From contig CAZTXT010000001.1 of assembly GCA_964617735.1 (NCBI GenBank), forward strand, positions 138,338-202,337: a stretch of 64,000 nt of DNA, read 5' to 3'. Positions 55,390 through 64,000 of the stretch are shown here, one piece after another. The notes beneath the pieces are model-generated. The model saw only the letters and a program-made list of their open reading frames with translations, had not been told where the DNA came from and did no database searches. Source of the stretch: an uncultured Candidatus Saccharibacteria bacterium (lineage in GTDB: Bacteria; Patescibacteriota; Minisyncoccia; Phycocordibacterales; DSPV01). The position numbers and the translations under genes are program-made. Within the stretch, counting starts at the first letter, position 1. Each line of letters begins with the position of its first letter.

Positions 55390-56256
55390 ATGAAGAATCT
55401 TAAGCAGCGCGCACAGTGGTGGCTTCTCGGTTTGCTTGCCGTTGCCGCCCTTTTCGCTTTCTACGTCTCGCATGCACAGGATAGTCGGGGGCTTCTGAAA
55501 GTCTCTTTTCTCGACATCGGCCAAGGGGACGCTATTTTTATCGAAGCGCCCAACGGTAGGCAGATCCTCCTCGATGGCGGGCCGGGGAGTTCTGTTCTGC
55601 GACGGCTTTCCCAGGTTATGCCGTTCTATGATCGCTCGATCGATGCGCTTATTGTCTCAAATCCGGACAAAGATCACTTCGCGGGATTTCTGGACGTACT
55701 CGATCGCTATACGGTGAGATATATCATTGAACCGGGGACTATCAGTACCACCGCGGTCTACCATGCATTCCGCGCGCTAGTGCAAAAAGAAAATCTGCCG
55801 ACGTTTCTGCTTAGGACGGGGGATCGCATCGTCTTAGATCGGAAACGAGGTGTGGTGCTCGATGTGCTCTTCCCGGATCGCGACGTATCCGAACTTTCCA
55901 TAAACGACGGGTCACTGGTCGCGAAGCTCTCTTACGGAAACACATGCGTGATGCTCATGGGGGATTCAACACAAGGTGTTGAAGAATATCTCGTGCACCT
56001 CTTTGGGCCACAGCTTCAGTGCCAAGTCCTCAAAGCCGGACATCACGGCTCGCGTACATCCACGTCGCCGGTCTTCGTCGCCGACGTCAAGCCCACTTTT
56101 GCCGTCATCTCCGACGGATTGAACAATAAATACGGACACCCGCATCAAGAAACTTTGGATACGCTCAAGAAGTTTAACGTGCAGATTTTGCGCACCGACG
56201 AACTCGGTACCATTACGCTCGCAAGCGACGGTCAGGATTTCTGGGTCAAAAAATAG
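55390..56256 (+). CDS. MBL-fold metallo-hydrolase (ComEC C-terminal beta-lactamase-like domain encoded as a separate secreted or membrane-anchored protein)
   Basis: Signal or TM N-terminus. DIGQGDAIFIE, NPDKDHFAG, KAGHHGSRTS motifs of the ComEC-type MBL domain. 288 aa. Confidence 0.8.
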   Translation: MKNLKQRAQWWLLGLLAVAALFAFYVSHAQDSRGLLKVSFLDIGQGDAIFIEAPNGRQILLDGGPGSSVLRRLSQVMPFYDRSIDALIVSNPDKDHFAGFLDVLDRYTVRYIIEPGTISTTAVYHAFRALVQKENLPTFLLRTGDRIVLDRKRGVVLDVLFPDRDVSELSINDGSLVAKLSYGNTCVMLMGDSTQGVEEYLVHLFGPQLQCQVLKAGHHGSRTSTSPVFVADVKPTFAVISDGLNNKYGHPHQETLDTLKKFNVQILRTDELGTITLASDGQDFWVKK

Positions 56257-56295
56257 GAGCTCCGAAGGAGCTCCTAGTGTTTTCGTTCGCAGATT

Positions 56296-56814
56296 TCAAA
56301 TGGAAGTGGGTTGTATCGAGCAGTCGAGGATCTGTGTGCGATCTTTATCGAACGTAAGGCTGCACATGATCTTTTCTCCCACAAGCACGTGGGGAAGATA
56401 TCGCTGTTCTTCGTTCGCCATGTTCTCATAGGGGACATTTTGGAATGAGAACCACATCGGATTCCCCATAGCCAACGTCCTTTTGGGCCTTCCCATCCAG
56501 TGGCGGCAGGTAAGCACGTGTAGTTTGAGAAATGGCCTCCCATCCTCTTCCCGATGCTCGACCACCGCCTGTCGCCGCATATGTTTGATTTCTGCGGCGA
56601 TGCCGCCTTTTTCTGCAAGCGCTCGCAGCGCGCCGTGCTCCGGTTTCTCATTTGGTGATATCGGCAGGCGATACCCGACCCATAGTCCCTCGTGCTGACC
56701 CTGCAGATTGTAGGCGAGGGCAACCTCTTGTCTTTGTTTCTTGATGCGTATGAGGAAAACCAGTACTTCGTGAGTTATTTGTTTATTCATAAGGTGCAAG
56801 TTTCTGTGCGGCAC
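56296..56814 (-). CDS. NUDIX-fold protein with a degenerate Nudix box (likely start at MNKQITHEV)
   Basis: VLVFLIR...EVALA...GLWVGYRLPISPNEKPEHGALRALAEKGGIAAE follows Gx5Ex7REUxEExGU but with REL-EE replaced by RAL-EK. Confidence 0.5.
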   Translation of the reverse strand: MPHRNLHLMNKQITHEVLVFLIRIKKQRQEVALAYNLQGQHEGLWVGYRLPISPNEKPEHGALRALAEKGGIAAEIKHMRRQAVVEHREEDGRPFLKLHVLTCRHWMGRPKRTLAMGNPMWFSFQNVPYENMANEEQRYLPHVLVGEKIMCSLTFDKDRTQILDCSIQPTSI

Positions 56815-56847
56815 TCTACACCTTTTCCCTGTATGCGCAAGTATTAC

Positions 56848-56883
56848 AAAAGCCGCCTTAAAATTTTAAGGCGGCTTTTGCTT
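56848..56883. terminator. bidirectional terminator (palindrome AAGCCGCCTTAAAA/TTTTAAGGCGGCTT) downstream of rpmB
   Basis: 14-bp perfect palindrome flanked by an A-tract and a T-tract. Confidence 0.7.
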
Positions 56884-56895
56884 TGTTTTTTATTT

Positions 56896-57138
56896 TTATA
56901 TAACGCCGGCTTTCTTGAGGGTCGCGTAGGCGCCGTTCTTCTGTATCGTTTTGAGTGCCTTGGTGGAAATAGTGAGTGTTAGGAATTTCTTGAGCTCCGG
57001 CACGTAGATACGCTTTTTCTGCAAATTCGAATACTTCCGGACCATGCCAGTCGGATTGAACTGGGTCGCGCGCGTCCGGTTGCTGTAGCCACCGCCGCGT
57101 ACCGAGCCTTTTTTGAGGATTGGGCAGACTTTTGACAT
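56896..57138 (-). CDS. rpmB: 50S ribosomal protein L28 (start MSKVCPI at 57138)
   Basis: MSKVCPILKKGSVRGG...RTRATQFNPT...KRIYVPEL matches L28. 80 aa. Confidence 0.85.
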   Translation of the reverse strand: MSKVCPILKKGSVRGGGYSNRTRATQFNPTGMVRKYSNLQKKRIYVPELKKFLTLTISTKALKTIQKNGAYATLKKAGVI

Positions 57139-57224
57139 GTGTTTGTTGTGAAAAGTTGTCGGGTAGTGCACCAAAACCAACACAAAGCACTACCCGACGG
57201 TGCATGGACCCAAGGAGGTTTGGG

Positions 57225-57887
57225 ATGCAGGCGCTATGCTATCATAAGAACTCACCTATGCCAAGTACCAGTGCACTCGATGTCATCTTTTCGGTTGCGG
57301 TTTTGATCATGTCCGTTGTGGTGCATGAGGTCTCCCACGGTTATGCTGCATACCTTCAGGGCGATCCCACGGCGCGCCTGCAGGGCAGGCTGACCCTCAA
57401 TCCTCTCAAACACCTCGATCCGATGGGCTCGATCGTTATCCCCCTGGTTTCTTATGCCCTTGGAGGTTTTATCATCGGGTGGGCGAAGCCCGTTCCCTTT
57501 AACCCTTACAACCTGCGCAATCAACGCTGGGGCGAACTTCTCGTCGCGATTGCCGGGCCGATCTCGAATTTCTCCATCGCTCTCGTTTTTGCGCTTCTCA
57601 TCCGACTTTCCGTCGGATACGCGATTTTGCCGCTATCTTTTACCACTATCGCTGCTACGGTCGTTTTGGTGAATTTGATGCTTGCTGTTTTCAATCTGAT
57701 ACCAATCCCACCGCTCGACGGCTCAAAGATCCTCTTTAGCGTGCTCCCACTGCATCTGCGCGGGGTACGCGTATTTCTGGAGCGCTACGCACTCCTCCTC
57801 GCGCTGCTCTTTATTTTGGTCTTCTGGCGTTTTCTGTTCCCGATCGTCCTGTGGCTCTTCGTCCTTTTGACCGGTCTGAATCTCTAG
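57225..57887 (+). CDS. site-2 protease / peptidase M50 family membrane metalloprotease (start at 57225 with AGGAGG 8 nt upstream)
   Basis: HEVSHG HExxH motif inside a TM helix, second ligand region NLIPIPPLDGSK. Multi-TM. 220 aa. Confidence 0.75.
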   Translation: MQALCYHKNSPMPSTSALDVIFSVAVLIMSVVVHEVSHGYAAYLQGDPTARLQGRLTLNPLKHLDPMGSIVIPLVSYALGGFIIGWAKPVPFNPYNLRNQRWGELLVAIAGPISNFSIALVFALLIRLSVGYAILPLSFTTIAATVVLVNLMLAVFNLIPIPPLDGSKILFSVLPLHLRGVRVFLERYALLLALLFILVFWRFLFPIVLWLFVLLTGLNL

Positions 57888-57954
57888 CTTATTTGCCTAT
57901 TCTCCGTATCCCTGCTAATATCTTTTTCTGCTTGTAACTACTGCAAGCGAACGA

Positions 57955-58395
57955 ATGCCGACGATCAATCAACTCATAAAACGAAAACGCCGGAGCCTTG
58001 CGCGCAAACCGAAATCTATCGCATTGCGTCGCAGTTTCAACGTGATCAAAAACCGGCCGAAATTCTTTCCGGCACCTTTCAAGCGCGGCGTTTGCACTAA
58101 AGTGACCACAAAGACGCCCAAAAAACCGAACTCGGCTATCCGCAAGATCGCGCGCGTCCGCTTGACCAATGGCATGGAAGTCACCGCCTACATTCCCGGT
58201 ATCGGCCACAACCTCCAGGAGCACTCGGTAGTTCTTTTGCGCGGCGGTCGCGTTAAGGATGTTGGTCTTCGCTATCAGATCGTCCGTGGCAAGCTCGATG
58301 CGGGAGGCGTTGACGGGCGCAAGAAGGGTCGTAGTCAGTACGGAGCGAAAGCAGGAAAGCGTGCTGCTCAAGCGGCAACCCCGGCATCATCATAG
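57955..58395 (+). CDS. rpsL: 30S ribosomal protein S12 (with an N-terminal roughly 15-aa insertion and a C-terminal extension relative to E. coli)
   Basis: MPTINQL..., [36 protein letters not shown]. 146 aa. Confidence 0.9.
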   Translation: MPTINQLIKRKRRSLARKPKSIALRRSFNVIKNRPKFFPAPFKRGVCTKVTTKTPKKPNSAIRKIARVRLTNGMEVTAYIPGIGHNLQEHSVVLLRGGRVKDVGLRYQIVRGKLDAGGVDGRKKGRSQYGAKAGKRAAQAATPASS

Positions 58396-58405
58396 TTAGC
58401 TAGAC

Positions 58406-58873
58406 ATGCGACGCAAACTCAAAAAGAAACCGATCATTGAGCCCGATCTTCTGTACAACTCCGAGCGAGTCTCGAAGTTCGTGAACTATTGTATGGGTAA
58501 GGGAAAGAAGAACACCGCTCGTGAGGTGGTATATGACGCACTCAAGGTGATTAAAGAAAAGACCAAGACCGAGCCGCTCGAAGTTTTTGACGCGGCTCTA
58601 CGCAACACGGCCCCGAATATGGAAGTCCGTTCGCGCCGCGTCGGCGGTGCCAACTACCAAGTTCCCATTGAGGTTCGCCCCGAGCGGCGCTCGGCGCTTT
58701 CAATGAAATGGATCATCGACGCGGCGCGCTCGAAGAAAGGCAAGCCGATGCATATCAAACTCGCCGATGAACTCATCGCCGCCTCAAAGAACGAAGGCGA
58801 GGCGGTCAAGAAACGCGAGAACGTGCACAAGATGGCCGAGGCCAACAAGGCCTTTGCCCACTTTGCTTGGTAG
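58406..58873 (+). CDS. rpsG: 30S ribosomal protein S7
   Basis: 155 aa. ...VRSRRVGGANYQVPIEVRPERR... S7 signature. Confidence 0.9.
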   Translation: MRRKLKKKPIIEPDLLYNSERVSKFVNYCMGKGKKNTAREVVYDALKVIKEKTKTEPLEVFDAALRNTAPNMEVRSRRVGGANYQVPIEVRPERRSALSMKWIIDAARSKKGKPMHIKLADELIAASKNEGEAVKKRENVHKMAEANKAFAHFAW

Positions 58874-58906
58874 CCTGGTGTATATTAGGATTGCAATAAC
58901 CGCCAA

Positions 58907-59419
58907 TTGGCGGTTATTTTATTGTATGTATACTTAAAAGTTATGAAGCACGTTTGGAAAATGTGGCGTCTGATGATTTTTATATCAACACTCCAACCTC
59001 TTTATGCCAGAGCAGGCACAAGGTTCACTGACGAACCGTCTTTAAGGGAGGAAGAAATAATTAGTAGAGCTTTGTTGAGGAGCGGCCAATCAATTGAAGT
59101 CGCGAGACATCACGTAGCCTTGCAGTATTCGAAGAACCGAGATCCCAACAGTATTAATGAAACTCAGGATCTAATTGATGATTGCATTGCCTCAGGGTTT
59201 CTCAATGTCCATGAACTTGAGGGTGTTCGTGATGGAGTTTTTTTATCCATATCGCCTGAAGGCAGGAAATTTTTGAGCTTCTCCTATTTTTTAAGATTTC
59301 TGTTTTCTGAACTGGAAGTCGTCTTTCGTTGGTGGTATACGGTTTTTACTTTCATTCTTGGACTCTTATTTAAGGATCTGTATCAGATAATGATCGCACT
59401 TTTTTCTAAATTATTTTGA
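58907..59419 (+). CDS. hypothetical protein in an AT-rich insertion between rpsG and fusA: putative winged-helix-like region plus C-terminal hydrophobic segments (probable start MKHVWKMW at 58943)
   Basis: AT-rich. Middle region ...[22 protein letters not shown]...[16 protein letters not shown]...[13 protein letters not shown] is wHTH-like. C-terminal FSYFLRFLF...[11 protein letters not shown]-like. Confidence 0.45.
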   Translation: MAVILLYVYLKVMKHVWKMWRLMIFISTLQPLYARAGTRFTDEPSLREEEIISRALLRSGQSIEVARHHVALQYSKNRDPNSINETQDLIDDCIASGFLNVHELEGVRDGVFLSISPEGRKFLSFSYFLRFLFSELEVVFRWWYTVFTFILGLLFKDLYQIMIALFSKLF

Positions 59420-59501
59420 AACAAATCCCTGTCGACTTTGCTTTTCCCGACAAGTTCATGTATTCTACAGAAACGCTTTCAGGCGGATTTTTTATTCTCA
59501 A

Positions 59502-61643
59502 ATGAATCGCGACTATCCATTAGAAAAAGTCAGGAATTTCGGAATTATCGCACATATCGATGCGGGGAAGACCACCACATCTGAGCGTATTCTTTTTTAC
59601 ACAGGTATGACGCACAAGATCGGCGAGGTGCACGAAGGCGACACCGTGACCGACTGGATGGAGCAGGAGCGCGAGCGTGGCATTACCATCACGGCGGCCG
59701 CCATCACCTGCTTCTGGAACCCCACCTACATGGGCTCGGATACTTCGAAAAAGTGCCGATTCAATATCATTGATACTCCGGGACATATCGATTTTACCGT
59801 TGAAGTAAAGCGCTCTTTGCGTGTTCTCGACGGAGCGGTCGTCGTATTCGACGGCGTTGCGGGCGTTGAGCCGCAATCGGAGACGAACTGGCGCTATGCC
59901 GACGAAGGGCAGGTGCCGCGTCTTTGTTTCATCAATAAAATGGACCGCATGGGCGCGTCGTTCGAGAATTCCTACAAGTCCATTTTGGAGCGCCTCAACA
60001 AAAACGCCGTCCGCTTCCAGATGCCGATCGGCCTTGAAGAGCATCACGAAGGCGTTATCGACCTTCTGCGTATGAAGGCCTACCAATTCGAAGGTTCGAT
60101 GGGAGAGCGGGTACTAGAGATTGATATCCCGGCTGATCAGATGGAGGAAGCGAAGAAGTATCATCACGAACTGGTAGAAAAGATCGTCGAGCACGACGAT
60201 GCGCAAATGCACGCGTATCTTGAAGGCAAGGAGATTCCCCTCGAAGAGCTTAAAAAGACCGTGCGCAAAGCAGTGGTCGCGAACAAGATGTTCCCGGTAT
60301 TCACGGGCTCCGCGCTCAAGAACAAGGGCGTCCAGCTGGTGCTTGATGCCGTCGTTGATTATCTTCCCTCGCCGCTTGATATTCCCTCGATAAAAGGTAT
60401 CGATCCGCGGACGGGAGAGCCGCTCGAACGGCATTCTTCGGACAGCGAGCCGTTCTCGGCGCTGGTCTTCAAATTGCAAACCGATCCCTTCGTCGGCCAG
60501 CTCAACTTCTTCCGCGTCTATTCAGGGGCTGTCGAGGCGGGTTCATATGTATACAATGCGACGACGGGGAAGAAAGAGCGGCTCTCCCGCATCGTCCGTT
60601 TGCAGGCCAATCAGCGCGAAGAGGTCAAGAAAGTATTTGCAGGAGAGATCGCGGCGGCTGTTGGCCTCAAAGAAGCGAAAACATCGCATACCCTCTGCGA
60701 CGAGGACAAACCGATCATCCTCGACCCCATCAAGTTTATGGAGCCGGTCATTAGCTTGCGCATCGAGCCGAAAACGAAAGCGGACCAGGAGAAAATGGGC
60801 ATGGCGCTCAAACGCCTCTCTGACGAAGACCCGACATTCCGCATTTCTTCGAACCAGGAAACCGGCGAGACCATCATTTCCGGCATGGGAGAGCTCCATC
60901 TCGAGATCATGGTGGATCGCATGAAGCGCGAATTTTCCGTAGAAGCCAATGTCGGCAAACCGCAGGTAGCCTATAAAGAGACTATCCTCGGTGAAGCGGA
61001 GGCGGAACATAAATACATCAAGCAGACAGGAGGCCGGGGCCAATACGGCCACGTCAAGCTCACCCTGCGCCCCATGAAACCGGTTGAGGAAGGCGCAAAA
61101 ATCCCCAAGAACGTCAAGCGCTATGAGCATTTCGAGTTCATTGATTCGATCAAGGGAGGGGTTATCCCGCAGGAGTTTATTCCGGCTGTCGAAAAAGGCG
61201 TCAAAGAAGCCACCGAGCGCGGTATTTTGGCCGGATTCCCGGTCGTTGATGTCTCCTGTGAACTCACCTTTGGTTCGTACCATGACGTCGACTCATCCGA
61301 GATCGCCTACAAGATCGCGGGCTCACAGGCATTCCAGGACGCAGCCAAGCGCGCGAAGCCGGTGCTTCTCGAACCTATCATGAAAATAGAAGTCGTGGTG
61401 CCCGATAAATTCGTCGGCGATGTAACCGGACACCTGTCTTCCAAGCGTGCGTCCATCGAAGATGTTGGCGAGCGCGGAATGAACAAAGTCGTCTCGGCAA
61501 AAGTGCCGCTGGCGGAGATGTTCGGATACACGACGGCCCTGCGCTCGATGACCGAAGGCCGCGGTTCTTCGACGATGGAGTTCGATCACTACGAAGTGGT
61601 ACCGAAGAATGTGGCGGATGAGATCATTGCCGCGAAGAAATAG
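59502..61643 (+). CDS. fusA: elongation factor G
   Basis: G1 [10 protein letters not shown]3 DTPGHIDF, G4 NKMD, full five-domain length (713 aa). Confidence 0.95.
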   Translation: MNRDYPLEKVRNFGIIAHIDAGKTTTSERILFYTGMTHKIGEVHEGDTVTDWMEQERERGITITAAAITCFWNPTYMGSDTSKKCRFNIIDTPGHIDFTVEVKRSLRVLDGAVVVFDGVAGVEPQSETNWRYADEGQVPRLCFINKMDRMGASFENSYKSILERLNKNAVRFQMPIGLEEHHEGVIDLLRMKAYQFEGSMGERVLEIDIPADQMEEAKKYHHELVEKIVEHDDAQMHAYLEGKEIPLEELKKTVRKAVVANKMFPVFTGSALKNKGVQLVLDAVVDYLPSPLDIPSIKGIDPRTGEPLERHSSDSEPFSALVFKLQTDPFVGQLNFFRVYSGAVEAGSYVYNATTGKKERLSRIVRLQANQREEVKKVFAGEIAAAVGLKEAKTSHTLCDEDKPIILDPIKFMEPVISLRIEPKTKADQEKMGMALKRLSDEDPTFRISSNQETGETIISGMGELHLEIMVDRMKREFSVEANVGKPQVAYKETILGEAEAEHKYIKQTGGRGQYGHVKLTLRPMKPVEEGAKIPKNVKRYEHFEFIDSIKGGVIPQEFIPAVEKGVKEATERGILAGFPVVDVSCELTFGSYHDVDSSEIAYKIAGSQAFQDAAKRAKPVLLEPIMKIEVVVPDKFVGDVTGHLSSKRASIEDVGERGMNKVVSAKVPLAEMFGYTTALRSMTEGRGSSTMEFDHYEVVPKNVADEIIAAKK

Positions 61644-61781
61644 ACGCTGCCAGCTTCCATAAGGGTAGGGAGGGCGGCGCTCGTCGCCTGTGGATAACTT
61701 TCTTGCATTGAGGTCAAGTCGATTGTACACTTCTTCTTGCAGGTTTCCGACCTGCAAGAAATAAAAGACTTCTCAAAAATG

Positions 61782-61820
61782 GCCGAATGGCACACAAGTG
61801 CCAGTCGGTTTTTTATTTTT
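61782..61820 (+). terminator. rho-independent terminator after fusA (nested hairpin GCCGA-[TGGCAC-acaa-GTGCCA]-TCGG followed by TTTTTT)
   Basis: GC-rich stem-loop followed by a 6-T run. Preceded by a second 9-bp hairpin at 61736..61758. Confidence 0.6.
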
Positions 61821-61858
61821 GAGATGTTTTTTGTTATTAATCGTTAACTATTAATCAC

Positions 61859-62848
61859 ATGGATTTTCTTTTCAAGGATCTTGAGGAAGTTGCAGGAGAC
61901 CTTTCAGCGTCGTTCGACCAAGCGGTCAATGAAGCGGAAACACTCTGCCGGCTCGAGATCAAAGACCGACATCTCGAGGAGTTCGCCGGATCGATGGCGG
62001 TGATGCTTTTAGGATTGTTCTCGGTCGCGGCGTATGGGTTCCCGCCTTCGTACACCTCCTCGTCGGCTGCAGCAGCAGTGATTGAGACACAACTCTCACC
62101 CTCAAGCACTCAAACCGTAGAGGCCTTGGAAGCGAGGATCCACGAGCTTCAAACAAAGATCGCCCAGATCAAGCTCAATGCGAATTCTCTGGAGGCGGCT
62201 CAACATCCTCCCCAAATGGAGAATTCGCTTAAAAAACCCGGATTTGTCTGCCGCACCTTTCATGACGACCTATCGCTTGGCGCTCATGGCGAAGACATCG
62301 CGGCGCTCAATCTGATGCTCGGAAACGGCGGCATCAAGACGGGGACCAGCAGCGACTCCACCTTTAGTGAGGATACTGCTGCCCGCGTCGTCCAATTCCA
62401 GAGAGAGCACGGCATCCGCCAGACGGGTGTCGTAGGCCCGGCCACGCGCGCCAAACTCAATGAATTCGCCGCCTGTGTAACGGAGAGGAGCCATGCTACC
62501 TCGACTCCACCAGGGGCATTCCCCGATTCTGTGAAGAAACCAGAACACCCTGACGGTTACCTCCAGCCCACTTCCTCATCAGCGGTGATGGTGAAGCTCT
62601 ATGCGAAGCCTACCGTTGTGGTCTCTGAAGGAAGTTCGGGCACGGTTACTCTCTATTGGGGGTCTCGGAATGCTACCGTCTGTCACTTCGAAAAGGCCGA
62701 GTTGCCGACATCGGGGAGCATAAAAGTATCGATCACTAAGACTGCTACGTTCACGATATCGTGCACCGGCTCGTCGGGAAGCGCCGTGTCGAACGCGGTA
62801 ACCGTTGGCTTCAAACATGTTGACTCGACGCAATCGGCACCCCAATAA
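61859..62848 (+). CDS. peptidoglycan-binding (PG_binding_1-like) domain protein inserted between fusA and tuf (alternative start at 61994 gives the signal peptide MAVMLLGLFSVAAYG)
   Basis: LGAHGEDIAALNLMLGN...FSEDTAARVVQFQREHGIRQTGVVGPATRAKL matches the PG-binding helical-pair signature. C-terminal Ig-like beta-rich segment. Confidence 0.6.
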   Translation: MDFLFKDLEEVAGDLSASFDQAVNEAETLCRLEIKDRHLEEFAGSMAVMLLGLFSVAAYGFPPSYTSSSAAAAVIETQLSPSSTQTVEALEARIHELQTKIAQIKLNANSLEAAQHPPQMENSLKKPGFVCRTFHDDLSLGAHGEDIAALNLMLGNGGIKTGTSSDSTFSEDTAARVVQFQREHGIRQTGVVGPATRAKLNEFAACVTERSHATSTPPGAFPDSVKKPEHPDGYLQPTSSSAVMVKLYAKPTVVVSEGSSGTVTLYWGSRNATVCHFEKAELPTSGSIKVSITKTATFTISCTGSSGSAVSNAVTVGFKHVDSTQSAPQ

Positions 62849-62927
62849 CCATCAAAAACAAATGAAATGAACGAAACAAAACTTCTCTGTCCACCACAAG
62901 CCTACCTTATGCTTGCGGCTCCGACAG

Positions 62928-62958
62928 CGCAAAAATCCCCCTACTGGGGGATTTTTGC
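62928..62958. terminator. rho-independent terminator (AAAAATCCCCC-tact-GGGGGATTTTT)
   Basis: Perfect 11-bp stem including A/T tracts. Bidirectional geometry. Confidence 0.7.
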
Positions 62959-62975
62959 TTCTCCGCACTTCTATA

Positions 62976-63004
62976 TTGCGTGAAAGCTGACCTTCTGGTA
63001 TCAT
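62976..63004 (+). promoter_or_regulatory. promoter candidate for tuf (TTGCGT - 17 nt - TATCAT), followed by a leader stem-loop GAATTGAGG ... CCTCAATTC (63080..63115)
   Basis: Hexamers and spacing read directly. Confidence 0.4.
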
Positions 63005-63145
63005 CGTTTCTACCGTTTACGCTTTTCCCCGCTTAGGGCGGAGGGTTAAATGTGTTCGCGGAGTTTAGCAGTTGCGTATCCGTGCGAATTGAGGAAAAGT
63101 TTTCGCGCCCTCAATTCACGCTGATACCTAATATTTTTAGAAACC

Positions 63146-64000
<855 letters not shown>

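Overview
This 64-kb window reads as an ordinary chromosomal stretch of a small-genome bacterium, plausibly CPR/Patescibacteria-like. That placement is an inference from gene content; GC is roughly 50-55% by eye and was not computed. I found no rRNA genes, CRISPR arrays or transposases. The only recombinase is one tyrosine (XerC/D-like) gene. All ORF-track coordinates are taken at face value. Start-codon choices that differ from the track are marked in the evidence fields. The first gene (1..1477, minus) runs off the window edge and is absent from the ORF track; I translated it by hand.

Most of the window is housekeeping:
- RNA and DNA metabolism: rsmA, uvrD/pcrA, comM, dksA-like, pnp, rpsO, xth, a CCA-adding enzyme, yraN, nth, a mutY-like glycosylase, recJ, rnhA.
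- Translation: rpmB, and a str operon (rpsL-rpsG-fusA-tuf) carrying two inserted genes.
- Proteostasis and others: clpP, trigger factor, hup, RNase Y, rsmE, nusA, an H+-pyrophosphatase, tpiA, pgk, a HIT protein, Fe/Mn SOD, an M50 protease.
- Four tRNAs: Arg-TCG, Gly-GCC, Pro-TGG and Gly-TCC, with consensus-like promoters upstream of the first two.

A competence and type IV pilus gene set is present: pilB, pilC, three prepilin-type pseudopilins, a PilX-like protein, comM, and a ComEC that is split into separate channel and MBL-domain genes.

Signal-peptide-bearing proteins of unknown function are numerous. They include peptidoglycan-binding domain proteins, a LysM-M23 peptidase, and a 1084-aa surface protein with a lipase-like AHSKG motif, Ig/IPT repeats and an SH3b-like end. 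A tryptophan-repeat protein sits in a four-gene cluster of secreted unknowns directly upstream of pilB.

The regions I would look at first are:
- a ~570-bp non-coding stretch after tRNA-Pro that carries a 21/23-nt direct copy of the tRNA 3' end, which looks like an att-site scar;
- a terminator-flanked ~260-nt hairpin-rich non-coding segment between a purS-like gene and rnhA, a candidate sRNA;
- AT-rich single-gene insertions inside the rpsO-pnp and str operons;
- a tandem-domain MazG-like gene with duplicated cysteine motifs and an apparent frameshift;
- a recurring TGTCCTTTA(T) motif around the cca/tRNA locus.
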